Assembly (NCBI GenBank): GCA_951406725.2
Contig: OX597837.1
Coordinates: 13,516,001-13,580,000, forward strand
Direction: 5' to 3'
DNA from: Octopus vulgaris
Lineage: Eukaryota
DNA length: 64,000 nt
The notes beneath the pieces were generated by a model that saw only the letters and a program-made list of their open reading frames with translations, was not told the DNA's origin and searched no databases. The position numbers were made by a program, and so were the translations under genes. Shown here in pieces: positions 1 through 13,400 of the stretch (position 1 is the stretch's first letter; each line of letters opens with the position of its first letter).

Positions 1-522
1 CAATTCCAACATTCTGTGAGAACATGTCTAGCCATGGGGAAATATTAGACAGGGAGGGTGGCTGGACATAGAAAATCTGCCTTAATTAAGGCCATCAGAC
101 GCAAGCAAGCAAGGAAAATCAGACAGTAAGACAGTGCTGATGATGATATAGCCATAGGTGTAGTACTAAGTCTGCCCTGACACAATAGTGTGAAGCTTGG
201 TCCGTTGCACAAACACTTGAGAAAACTGATTTCACAACTGAATGCTTTGCCTGTGAGACTTTACTGGTCACAGACAGAGGCCTAGAAAGCATTTAATTTC
301 ATTTAGGTGAACAACAAAATGGCTTAAGAAAGATTTGAAACACGTCTGGTAGAGCTTGCTTTCAATCACATGGTTTCAGGTTCAGTCCCATTGTGTGACA
401 CCTTGGACAAGTGTCTTCTACTATAGCCTGAGACCAACCAAGCCTTGTTAGTAGATTTTAAGTGACCTATAAACTTGTGTAGGTTTAAAATGTTTACCTT
501 CTGTATAGTGGAAATTACTGTT

Positions 523-558
<36 letters not shown>

Positions 559-669
559 TATGGTGCAGCCTTCTGGCTCACCAGCCCTCAGTCAAACCAT
601 CCAACCCATGCCAGTATAGAAAGTGGACGTTAAATGACGATAATGATGATGACATACATATATATACAT

Positions 670-915
670 ACACTATATTTTAACATTTTATAAAGAAGCC
701 CCTAATTTCGGGGGCTTAAAATTTGGAAAAAAAGGTTTTGTAAGGAATTATAATACTATCCATGTATAAGAAACTCCCATATTTTTTAACCCAATTTTTG
801 ACAAAAATGGGTTCCTTATACACGTTAAAATACAGTTTATAAAAACAAAAGATGTTCATATTAAGTTGGATATAAAGATTATCTTTTGGTATTAACACTG
901 CTTCCATCACTAAAA
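670..915. mobile_element. Old Tc2/pogo-like DNA transposon end fragment
   Basis: Resembles the termini of the 52893 element type; degenerate. Confidence 0.3.
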
Positions 916-919
916 GTTT

Positions 920-1200
920 ATATATATATAAAACTGAGAATGTGTGTCTGTATATGTGCATCACTAAAACTCAAGAAGTAGCCAACCGATTTCATTCAAA
1001 TTTTACACAAGCCTTACTTAGGGTCCATGCAGTGTCATTTTCAATTTCTTGCCTAATGCGAGCCTGGAGCAATCTCTTATCTCTTACACTATTTCAGTAT
1101 TACATGTCAAAAGTGAAACAATAGCATCTCTATTGTAATGTGAGATAATACTTTCAGTTTTAATAATTTAACTATTAATACTGAAACTACTAAAAGTGAA
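920..1200 (+). mobile_element. Helitron-like non-autonomous 5' fragment
   Basis: TATATATATAAAACTGAGAATGTGTGTCTGT...AACCGATTTCATTCAAATTTTACAC pattern typical of Helitron 5' ends. Confidence 0.4.
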
Positions 1201-1222
1201 ATTATTATCTCACATGTATACA

Positions 1223-1265
<43 letters not shown>

Positions 1266-3171
1266 TCATCGTTTAATGTCCGTTTTCCGTGCTAGCAGGG
1301 GTTGGACGGTTCGACTGGGGTCTGGGAAGCCAGGAGGCTGCACAATCATATGACCGAAACAAGTAAAAGAGTAAAAAGAGTATCTATATCTTCAGTGTGG
1401 TTTATTGTAAACTATTTTATTTTCTGATTGACTTGGTGCTAAGCAACCACAGCAACAACAACAACATCAGTGTAAACCATTAAAGAGAGAACAGAATCAA
1501 ATGAATGAACCGACAAAATTATCAACAAACAACCTGAACTGGAAACTCTGCCTCTAAATATCCTATTTCTTACAATATGATACTATCATATTTCATAATT
1601 TGTTGTGTGTTTTTGTGAGGTCATGCTGGTAGTGGGAGCATGAACCAATAAATGGAGAGAGAGAGAGAGGAGAGAGTGAGTGAGGGATAGTTGGAGACAT
1701 TAAATTTAACTGAGAAAACGGGAAAATTTTCAGTTTCAAATGAAACAATTCTTTTACTTTTCTGATCACACTTTAAAATCACGAAGTGAAAGTGGATTAT
1801 TTCATATTAAGCATCAGTGAAATTAAAATGAACGTTTAACTGATTTCTCTGTATATTAACAAAAAGCCAAATGATTTATTATGAAAGGTCCTCGTAACTT
1901 ATGGAATGAAAATGATTGTGATTTACCTCTATCTGTAATGGTCAAATTATTTTTACTAATATTAAAATATGAAAGCAATAATACGATGATTTATGCTTTG
2001 TCTATTTTGTACCAAGAGTTACAAAGATCTGGATGTGGGCTTAACTTTCACTATGTGATCTTAAAATGAAAGATCACCAATAAATGTATTTATTGTAAAT
2101 TTTGTGGGAAATGAATTTTCACCCAATTTCATAGTTTATATTTATAGACGGAAAAGAATAGAGAACAAAATACACTCTTATTTCCGACAGATGCACAATT
2201 TTCTACCATTAATAAAACAGTCATTTAAGATGACTCACTTATGTTTAATTAGAAACACTAACTGATGTTTATGTTCTAAAGATATTAACACTAATGTCAC
2301 ATGAACAGAAGTCCAGTTTGAACCTTTAGCATTTTGCATTTTCTCTAGAATTGTTGCCCTTGCCACTGCTCTGCAACAAGACAGAAAACTCTTTTGGTGA
2401 CTGGATGCACCTACCGTGTGCTAAAGGTTGATAATATAGCTCTGGGCTGCTCTTAATGTACTTACCAATGTGCAGTTAATTTTTCTTCAAACAACAAACT
2501 AGTGTTTGCAAACTGCAGTGGCTGCATATTTGTATGAACCCGTGAGCAAAACCTTCCTTCAGTAGCTAGACATCATGTTTGAAATAGCAACTAATTCTTC
2601 TTCATATTGCCTCCTCCTTACTTATTTAATATTCAGTCATCACATGTCTGCTAGTTGCATATTCGACAAAAAAGGTCACTGTTTAAACAGATTGCAATCC
2701 TGAAAAATAAAAATTTCCAGTTCAACCTGGATATATTTATTGCCTCACTAATTTTTATTCCCTTTTTCTTCAAAAGTTATGAAAATAAAAGTTTTTTTTA
2801 AAAAAATGTTTAGCAAATGGGTGGCTGTTGCAAAATTCAGTCAGAAAAATTTTTTTTTTTAAAAGAAAAAAATTTAACTAAACATGTTTTATTTTAATTA
2901 AAAACGTAATAAATTAAAGCAACAGTATAAATTTCAGAGTGGGAAAGTATTTTAGACTGTTTCATCTCCTGTTGCATCCTTGATTTCATGGAACATTAAT
3001 TGTTTAAGTTTCCTTTAATTAAAGGGCAAAAATGGATTGCATTAAATTCTCATGTTCGCACAAAATTTCTTTAAAAAACTGGGAGAACAACACATGTTCA
3101 TCTTTACCATTTTTAGGTTCTGTGTTGGCATGAGTTGGGTGGGTCATTGCTACTTTCATAGATGGGTTTAA

Positions 3172-3392
3172 CCCTTTCGTTACTAACCCGGCTGAAACTG
3201 GCCCTAGCTCTTTAGTACAAATGTCTTGTTTTCATAAGTTTTGAATTAAAATCTTTCACCAAACCTTAGTCACAATTAATGTTCCTAACACTAACTTAAT
3301 GATAACTAAGTTATTTTACTAAATTCTTGGTTATATTTAAAATAATTGAGAGAAAAACAGTGAATCTCAAAATAAATACAGTAATGAAAGGG
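3172..3392. mobile_element. piggyBac-type MITE
   Basis: TTAA|CCCTTTCGTTACT ... AGTAATGAAAGGG|TTAA; second copy at 29268-29487, partial inverted copy near 51680. Confidence 0.8.
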
Positions 3393-3741
3393 TTAAGGAC
3401 CACATTTCATTTGTTAAGTTTCTTTTTTTGGTTCAGTTTATACATTTAGATGCCTTTCCTAACAACAGTCACTTTATTTTATACACAAATGAATATGGTC
3501 TGTGCTGTAATTGACTTTGTTTTATTAGTATACATACCATTACTGTTACCAGCGTGAATAAACCTAACATTTGACTGAACTGAATGCTAAAGGGTTAAAC
3601 AGGATTGCTGTTACTGCATTGACACTGTATTCTAACCCTAGGCCCTGTACTGACATGTGGTATAGCCATAGGTACCAAACTGGTACTCTGGCTATAACTC
3701 TGTGCTTTATTTAAACTGATGTTTAAACTTTAATTTTTCAG

Positions 3742-3821
3742 GATGTTACCTTACAAGAACTTCTTGACGAAGATGATATTCTTCAAGAATGTAAAGCCAG
3801 ACATAAAAAGCTTATTGACTT
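3742..3821 (+). CDS. PPP6R3: PPP6R3-like exon [26 protein letters not shown](F)
   Basis: tttttcag acceptor, gtaagt donor, phase 0-2. Confidence 0.93.
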
Positions 3822-4384
3822 GTAAGTATTCTTGCTTTTTTTTTTCTGTTTGGTGCTTGTAAAGAAGAAGAGAGAGAGAAAACTATCGGCTGGGGATAAA
3901 GTGTGGGCAATAAAGAAATAAGTAACCTTGGGCCAACCAAAGCCTTGTGAGAGGATTCGGTAGACAGAAACTGAAAGAAGCCCATTGTGTATGTGTGTGG
4001 GTGTGTGTGTGTGTGTGTGTGTCTATGTTTGTTCTCCCCTGCACCACTTGATAATTGGTGTTGGTATGTTTATGTCCCCATAACTTAGTGGTGTGGCAAA
4101 AGGGACCAAGTCCTCAGGTTAATATGTTTGGCTAAAACCCTTCAAGGCAGTGCTCCAGCATGGCCGCAGTCAAATGACTGGACCAACCAAATAAAAGAAC
4201 AAAACCTGCATCTAAACATCATTGTGTTGTGAGGCAGATTTTCTGTGGTTGGTTGTCGCTCTTTGTTTCTAAGCAAAGTCCATACTTCTCAATGACCAAA
4301 TATCTTTTCAAGGAAGGCTTCCAATGAACAGCATCGTTTGTATGATGGTGATGCTCATTTACAACCATAATGTCAAGACAAGGG

Positions 4385-4416
<32 letters not shown>

Positions 4417-7400
4417 TGTATGTATGAAACGCAAAAAGGGAATAGGGAATTATATATTTTTAATTCATAATATACAATCCATAATTTGCCTCCGCACCTT
4501 TCAGAATAGCCAGTGTTACGTAAGGCAATGATGCGTTAATTCTGCCCATTGATTCATATTTACTCAACAATAGTATTAGGTAAATCGAGAAAATCAATGT
4601 TAGCCCATCCTCTTCGAAGCAGCTGCACTCAAGAAATTGTGTTTTGTGTGTATGTGTGTGTGTGTGTGTGTGTAGGCTTGGCTGTGTGGTAAGAAGCTTG
4701 CTTCTCGACCATATGGTTCTAGGTTCAATACCACTACAGGGCACCTTGGCAAGTGTGTTCTACTATTGCTCGGGACCAACCAAAGCCTTGTGAGTGGATT
4801 TGGTAGATGGAAACTGAAAGAAGCCCATCGTGTGTGTGTGTGTCTTTGTGACCCCCCCCCCCCCATCACTGCTTGACAACTGGTGTTGGTGTGTTTATAT
4901 CCCCATAACGTAGTTGATTGGCAAAAGAGACTGACAGAATTAGTACTAGGCTTAAGATATAAGTCCTCGGGTTCATTTGTTCAACCTAAAGGCCCATCAA
5001 GGTGGTGCTCCAGCATGGCCACTTTCAGTTTTTATCCACCAAACCCACTCACATAGCTTTTGATTAACTCAGGCAACAGTAGAAGACACTTGCCCAAGGT
5101 GTCATACAGTATGGTTGAACCTGGGAGTGCATGGTTGCTTCTTAACTACGCAGCCATACCTGAACCACAGTAAATATAAATTCCACCTAAACCTTGCTTT
5201 TAAGCATTTTAGGTCAACTGGTCTGAGTTCTCAGTTGATCTCTATATTTCCAAAACAGGCTCTTATCTTACAAAGTCTCAGCAACCTTCTTGAGAATTCT
5301 ATCTTCTATCAATCAGTTTCTGCTAAAAATCAATAATTTTTTAATAACACAAATGAGACGTTCCAAACAGCAGCTTAATAAGGACAAAGATGTGTTACCA
5401 AACACTTGATTACTTCAAAAATGAATCAAAACGAGGGCAGTGTGTTTCAACAGAAATCTAGTAACAAAAGGGTTAATCCTATCCTAGTAAGGGTGAGTCA
5501 GGGCGATCCCCATCTGCATGTGCTGTGATGATGTGATCTGACAGGAATCTTACAAACTGAGAGACTGGAGGTGGATGGAGTCTGTTTGGCATGTAAATTA
5601 ATAAAACAACATCACATATTAAGTCCTGGTTTCCTTTAAGATATTACATTGAAACTCAGAAGGTTTAGTATATAAACTGGCCCTATCCGGCCAAAATATT
5701 TAATCTGTTTTATGTTCAAACTGACCAGATCCAGGCTCTCACACCTACCCTACAATGTTATTCTACATTAAGTAATTACACCATCAAGCTCTTGAAGATA
5801 TGAGATAATGCATGATTAATTCAAATCAATGGGAATCAATAGGCATTATGTTTGATTGAATAATCTGAACTCTAAAGGGTTAAGGGAGTTTGGAAGAGTT
5901 TACAAAATTGCTATATTCTCTTGAATGATGTTATTTCTGTCCACTTTGTTTTTGTGACATTTCTATTCGAAATACTTCATTATTTATCATCTTTTACTTT
6001 CTTTCTAAACGACCTTATATGTCCACTTACTCATGTGTTGGTTATTGCTTCTTATTTCAGTCTTATCCGTCCGGATAACTTAAGAGAAATGGTCAATATG
6101 GTTACTGAAGAACCATCTGAAGATATTGAAGAGAAACAGCGTTATAGGTAAATTCCGCTTTTCGTTATGATGTGAATTTGTACGCCACAGTTGCAGGTAT
6201 TTCAGATGAATTTGGACAGAGCGCTTAATTTTATATGCTTAATTAATTCTCATTATCAGTCTATCAACAAATGTTCCTAACTTCTAATCAACTATTTAAT
6301 CAGTAATTGATTCTAATTAATGCTTTGTTTCTTTGTCCAAAAGGTACCCAAATACATGCTGTGAAGTATTGACATGTGATGTAACTCAGATCAATGACTG
6401 CCTAACCGGAGATAGTGTTTATATAAACAAATTATATGGGTTCTTGGAGATGAAGGGCCCTCTTAATCCCTTATTGGCTAGCTTTGTCAGTAAAGTGATA
6501 GGTCTTCTTACAGTGAAAAAAAGTGAGATGGTGAGTATTGCTTGCATTTGAAGATCTCCTTTCATGTTTGCTTTGCATAATACACTTAACATATTATTGT
6601 AGTTGGTTAATGGATGAGATATTGTGAAGCAGAGGCTTATTAGGTTGGTACAACATTTGTAAATTCCATGTACTCTTTTACTTGTTTCAGTCATTTGACT
6701 GCGGCCATGCTGAAGCACTGCCTTTAGTCAAGCAAATCGACCCCGGGACTTATTCTTTGTAAGCCCAGTACTTATTCTATCGGTCTCTTTTGCCAAACCG
6801 CTAAGTGACGGGGACGTAAACACATCAGCATCGGTTGTCAAGCAATGCTAGGGGACAAACACAGACACACACATATATATATATACATATATACGACAGG
6901 CTTCTTTCAGTTTCCGTCTACCAAATCCACCCACAAGGTATTGGTTGGCCCAGGGCTATAGCAGAAGACACTTGCCCAAGATGCCATGCAGTGGGACTGA
7001 ACCCGGAACCATGTGGTTGGTTAGCAAGCTACTTACCACACAGACACTCCTGCTCTGTATATCATCATCATTTTAATGTCCACTTTCCTATGCTTGCATG
7101 GATTGAACAGAGTTTATTGAGGCAGATTTTTTTTATGGCTGTATGCTCTTTCTGTCACCAACCCTCGCCTGTTTCTAATCTTCCATGAAAACATGCTTTG
7201 ACCATGGGGTAAATATTACTTTACCTGGAAACAGATGTGGGTTGCCAACAGGAAGAGCATTCGACTCTAGAAAATTCACCTCAACAAATTCCATCCAACC
7301 CTTGTGAGCAGAGAAAGTGGATGCTGAAATGATGGTGGATTAGTTACTCAGATGCCTTTAAACACTTCACCACTACCAACACGTATTGAGTTGTTCTAAT

Positions 7401-10400
7401 GCAGTGCTTTTCAACCATTTTGCTGGAGCGGAACCCTAAGGAAACATTCCACTGGCTCGAGGAACCCCTGTGTAATAATTTAATAGTCTTATGCACACAT
7501 ATCTGCACAGGAGAATTAAAAATTACTGCCAATTTTAGCAGTTTTGTAACTTCTTGCGGAACCCCTGGACTGTACTGGCGGAACCCTGGTTGAAAACCAC
7601 TGGTCTAATGTTTACACAGAATAAACCACAACACACGAAAACAACCTGTATAGACTTTGCCAACAGCACAGATTTTTTTTGTGAAGAAAATAGATATTTA
7701 GCCTCTAACACACACACACACTATACTCACTCTCAATATATATTTGCCAATTGAAACTAATCCAGTAAATTTTGCGATTTTTTTTTCTTATTAATTAAAA
7801 ATTTTTTTTTTCTCCAGATATTTAAATATTTGAAATCAAAATCAGACTTTGTCGGAACCTTACTGACACACATTGGTACATCTGCAATGGTGGATCTCTT
7901 GTTACGGTTGATAACCTGTATAGAATCTACAAAACTAAAGTTTGAAATGATAGAGGTAACTCACCTTTTTTCCTTAACCTTATATTATTATTTCCGGCAC
8001 GTAAAAAGTACCCTCTACACTCGCGGAGTGGTTGGCGTTAGGAAGGGCATCCAGTTAGAAACACCACCAGATCAGACTGGGCCTGGTGCAGCCCCTAGCT
8101 TCCCAGACCCCGGTCGAACCGTCCAACCTGTGCTAGCGCGGAAAACGGACATTAAACGATGATGATGATGATGATTTCATATATCTTTTGCTTGTTTCAG
8201 TGATGGGTCTGTGGCCATACTGGGGCATGCCTCAAAGGATTTAGGCATTAGGAAGAGCATCCAGCTGTAGAAACCATGCCAGTGCAGCTTGGTGTGGCCA
8301 CTGGCCTTACCATCTCCAGTTAAACTGTCCAACCTATGCCAGCATGGAAAGATGCCACATGAAAGGGGCCGAATCCAAAATACATCTTGGAATCGAACAA
8401 ACTCAGCTAAATGTACTTCATGACCAGATGAAAGTGTTAGGCAGGGTGGCATTTTGAGCTTACTGTCTACAAAAAGGAACTGGGCATGTTTTATGGTGGT
8501 ACCAATACTGGAGACATCTTACTAGTCATTTGCTGTTTAGGGTGACCCAAGGCAATACAACTCTTCAAACCTGTACTGAAAATTCACAACCACAAATGGT
8601 TTACTGGCAGCTGATGTCAGGTTTACAAACCTATCAGGATGTTGAGTATTCAGAGAGAGAGAGAGTCAGAGAATGTGTGTGTGTGTGTGTGTGTGTAGAT
8701 GAAAGCTTAGACTTTATATGTAACCATGTCTTGCTGTATGTTAGTAAACTTTAGAGACCAGTATTGTTTGGTATTTCCTTTGTTAAAAGTTCATCTGTTG
8801 TCCCTCCCTCCTTCTCCCTCTCTCTCTCTCAAATCTCCCAACCATCAGAAATCATTCAGTTATTTTATATCTTACCTTGACCTTTATTTCTGCTTTATTC
8901 TTTCCAGAGCCATTGTCTGTGATTTAGGTGTAGACATGGCCATATGGTTGAGATGTTTGCCTCCCAACCATGTGGTCTTGGGTTCAGTCCCACTGCACCA
9001 CCTTGGTTGTTTCTCTATTGTAGGTATGTGTGTCTGTGTGTTCCCCCTTTGTATCTACTATGTATCATGTGTTTGTGTGTGCCCGGCACATGGCACAGTG
9101 GTTAGAGCATTGGGCTCACAATCATGAGGTAGTGAGTTTCATCCCTGGACCAGGCTGTATATTGTGTTCTTGAGCAAGACACTTTATTTCACATTGCTCC
9201 AGTTCACTCAGCTGTAGAAATGAGTTGCGATGTCACTGGTGCCAAGGTGTACTGTCCCCTTTGCCTTTCCCTTGGATGACATCGGTGGCATGGAGAAGGG
9301 AGGCTGGTATGTATAGGTGACTGCTGGTCTTTCATAAACAACCTTGCCTAGTCTTGTGCCTTGAAGTACAGTTCCATGTAGTCAGTTCCATTTAAGAGGG
9401 GAGTTCTTTAATTTTAAAATGTCAAGACACATCATGTAATGGTTGTATCATTGTCATATAAGCGAGGTTGCTTGTTTCCAGCCTTCTATGTGAAACATGT
9501 CTTGATTTGGGGAAATATTTATTACCTTGCTTGGAAACAGGTGAGGGTTGGTGACAGGAAGGGCACCAAGCCATAGTAAAACTACCTCAACAAATTCCAT
9601 CTGACCCATGCAAGCATGGAACAGTGGACATTAAATGATGATTTGATGGTGACTGCTTTTCTTAGCTCTAGCACTTCTTCCTCACAGACACTGCCTAATC
9701 ATTTTCCACAGGAATTAGCAAACATAAAGAAATGCATGTTGGCTATTGTGTCTAAGACATTGGTTTTGAATGGTGTTAGGCCCTTAAACTTTGGGAGGAA
9801 TTTTTCGTGTCTTTGTCATAGCTGTTTTACTGGTTTCTGAATTATAAACAGGGTCTGTGTGGAGGGAACACATTACTCATGACCTTTTGTAATTTGATTT
9901 GAGGAAATTTAGATGAGAAAAGGCAAATTAAGCAGCTCTAAAGATAGGGATTGATTAGTAATAGTTTCACATTGAAACCCCAGCTTCACAACCAGCACAA
10001 TGCTTACACATCAGATTTGAACCAATGTTTTGACTATAATATTGTTACTATTGTAGTCTGTGTGTGTATATGTCTATATACCTGTGTGTATTAATCTAGC
10101 TGTAACTGTCGCACTTGGTTGATTCGTTCTTTTTTTCTTCTCTTTATCAATGTGCATGACTTTGCAAATAATAATGAGGACAAGCAATACATTGTCATGG
10201 CCGTGTCTCCACTCATGTTCACCACTCACTGCGTTTCCCCTTTATCGCCATTGCTCTCCATTTGCCACTCTCTCCACACTCTCGTAAACTTAACCAGCTC
10301 ACTCATCCTGTCCAATCCTCTCTATCACATCTCTTATATATATATAGACTTTCTTGTAACTTCTTCACCTATTTCTTTACTACCCACAAGGGGCTACACA

Positions 10401-13400
10401 CAGAAGGGACAACCAAGGACAGACAAACGGATTAAGTCAATTACATTGACCCCAGTGCGTAACTGGTACTTAATTTATTGACCCCGAAAGGATGAAAGGC
10501 AATGTCGCCCTCGGCAGAATTTGAACTCAGAACGTAACGGCAGACGAAATACTGCTAAGTATTTCGCACAACGTGCTAATGATTCTGCCAGCTCGCTGCC
10601 TTCACTTCTTCACCATCATCTATTTTCCATTTGGGGTAACCATGTGTCTTCCCTTCAGCAAGACATCTGTTTCTGACCCTCTGTCATCCTCTAACTTCTC
10701 ATAACCTGATATAAAGCCTCTTCCCTCAATATTACACTCCCTCAGTCAAGTGGGAGGTTTTGTGGTTACTTGGTTGATGCTACTTGTGCCAGTGCCATGT
10801 AAAAAAGCACTTAGTACATTTTATAAAACGGTTGGCATCAGGAAGAACATCCAGCCATAGAAATCACACCAAAGCAGGCATTGGAACCTGGCACAGTTCT
10901 TTAGCTCGGCAGCTTCTGTGAAATCGACCAACCCATGCCAGCATGGAAAGCACATTAAATGGTGATGTGTTTATATCTGTAAGGTGTTGGTGTGATTCAA
11001 ACGACATGATTAAAATGTCGACACAGTGTCTTTGAAGTTAAATGTGTTTTATACTTGTGCGAGAAACTGATATTAAAGTATGTGATGCCAAAAATGTCAG
11101 ACTCGTGTAACAGACAGGATGACTTTAGATGCTGGTTTGGATTTTAATGTTTAATATTATTGACAAGTGGCTGAGATAAGTACCTTGTCGATGGAGAGGC
11201 AGACATAGATACGGAATTAAGTTAATTTAACTAACATATGGCTATAGATTGACCTTTACTGCTGGGTAATTTGTTATTGGTGAATTGTGTTGTGAGTGCT
11301 TTGGGATTTCAAAATCCAATATCAGATGTACTGTTTGTATGGTTGGCCAGACACTGTTACTGTGGCCAGACACTGTTACTGTTTGTGGAAATGGTGTTTC
11401 CATGCATCCAGCGTACTCGGGTGGTTCAGGGTGGAGTTTAGATTTTTTTTTGTTAGTCTTGATGCCATGAGAACATTCTGTAAAGTGGTTGGCAATAGAA
11501 AGGGCATTCAGCCATAGAATCCCCAGCCACATGATGTGTACAAGTGTTTGCTCCCAATGACAAATGACTTAGGCCATGATGACCTGTCCAACCCATTCCA
11601 GCATGGAAAGCAGGTGTAAGAAGGGAGGTAATCGTTTCTTAATATGAGGTAGGGTTAGAAATTTGAATTTGAAATTACAACGAAAAAGTTGCATAAAAAT
11701 TCAAATATTTACTTATTTTATTTTTATTTTGTTTACTAGTTGGTACTAATCATGTAAAACACTATTTCATTCCTTTTTGGAAATCCTCAACATGATGTAA
11801 CTTATGACTTATTAAATCTTTTACTAAATTAGACATTTCATTAAAGGTAAAAATAATTACAAACTGGAGAAAATTTATGGAGTAATTTTTTTTCTTTTTT
11901 GAAGAACATTAATTGTTTAGGAATCTGGGGCAAATAGGGAATGTTCTTAATACTTACATGTGGAATAATAGCTGTTTCCAAGGGATTTCTACGTTGAGAA
12001 AATGTCTTAGAGTAATCAATAATTTCAGTTCAAGTTGCAACAACTCCACAAACCATTTTCCAATTTATTTGTTGAGGTGTTGACAAGTATTTCAATCTAG
12101 GTTTTCTGTTAAAATTCTTTTCCACTGAAACAATTCTTCTCCATGTTAATCTGTTTTGGAACACTGCATTTGGTTGGATGGCTTTGCAGAGCATTATCAA
12201 ATGGTTATTGTTACCGAAATCTGCATGACCAAACACTTCAAAGGAATCAAAAATTATTATCATCATCATCATTGTTTAATGTCCGTTTTCCATGCTAGCA
12301 TGGGTTGGACGGTTCGACTGGGGTCTGGGAAACCAGGAGGCTGCACCAGGCTCCAGTCTTATCTGGCAGTGTTTCTACAGCTGGATGCCCTTCCTAACGC
12401 CAACCACTCCGTGAGTGTAGTGGGTGATTTTTATGGTAGACATCTATCCTCCTGCCTCCTTCTCTCTCTCTGTTTATATGTGTGTTACTTTTACTTGTTT
12501 CAATCATTTGACTGTGGCCATGCTGGAGCACCGCCTTTAGTCAAGAAAATTGACCCCGGGACTTATTCTTTGTAAGCCCAGTACTTATTCTATCGGTCTC
12601 TTTTGCCGAACCGCTAAGTGACGGGGACGTAAACACACCAGCATCGGTTGTTAAGCAATGCTAGGAGGACAAACACAGACACACAAACACACACACATAC
12701 ACACATATATATATATACATATATATGACGGGATTCTTTCAGTTTCCATCTACCAAATCCACTCATAAAGTATTGGTCGGCCCGGGGCTATAGCAGAAGA
12801 CACTTGCCCAAGGTGCCACGCAGTGGGACTGAACCCGGAACCATGTAGTTTGTAAGCAAGCTACTTACCACACAGCCACTCCTGCGCCTGTGTGTGTATA
12901 GTTTGATAAGTGCCAACACATGAAACTCTTGGCCCTTGAGTCACTCTGTTACTTCTGCTAAATATTAATAAAAATATGCATAAACTCATATTTTGACTTC
13001 TATTTTCTACCTGTTTGCACCAACATGCATGCATCTATATGTACACACACGCATAATCTATATGCATGTGTGTGTGTGTGCACACACATACTCACAAGCA
13101 ATTATTTGACTGATTGACTGATTGGTACAGACTCACTCACCAACACTTGTCACTCACTGGCTCATAGCCATACTATTTTCTTACCTCTTCTGACCATGAC
13201 CACCACACTGATAGCTTCTGTTGTTCTAAACTGGCAAACAATACACCTGTCACTCCTGCCCGGTCAATGCATCCACTGCTTCTTCTTCTTCTTTCATAAT
13301 CCTTTCTCTCTTTCCCTCAACAAACCCACCCTAAACCCTCTCCATAATAATCCTTGCCCCACAGCTGCTCTCGTTTGTATCCTTCTTCGCAGTGCTCTTC

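Noticed and set aside
11168-11230. ag|TGG CTG AGA TAA as the missing WL exon, rescued by RNA editing
   Set aside because: Stop at codon 4, poor pyrimidine tract, and the downstream sequence does not resemble the expected peptide.
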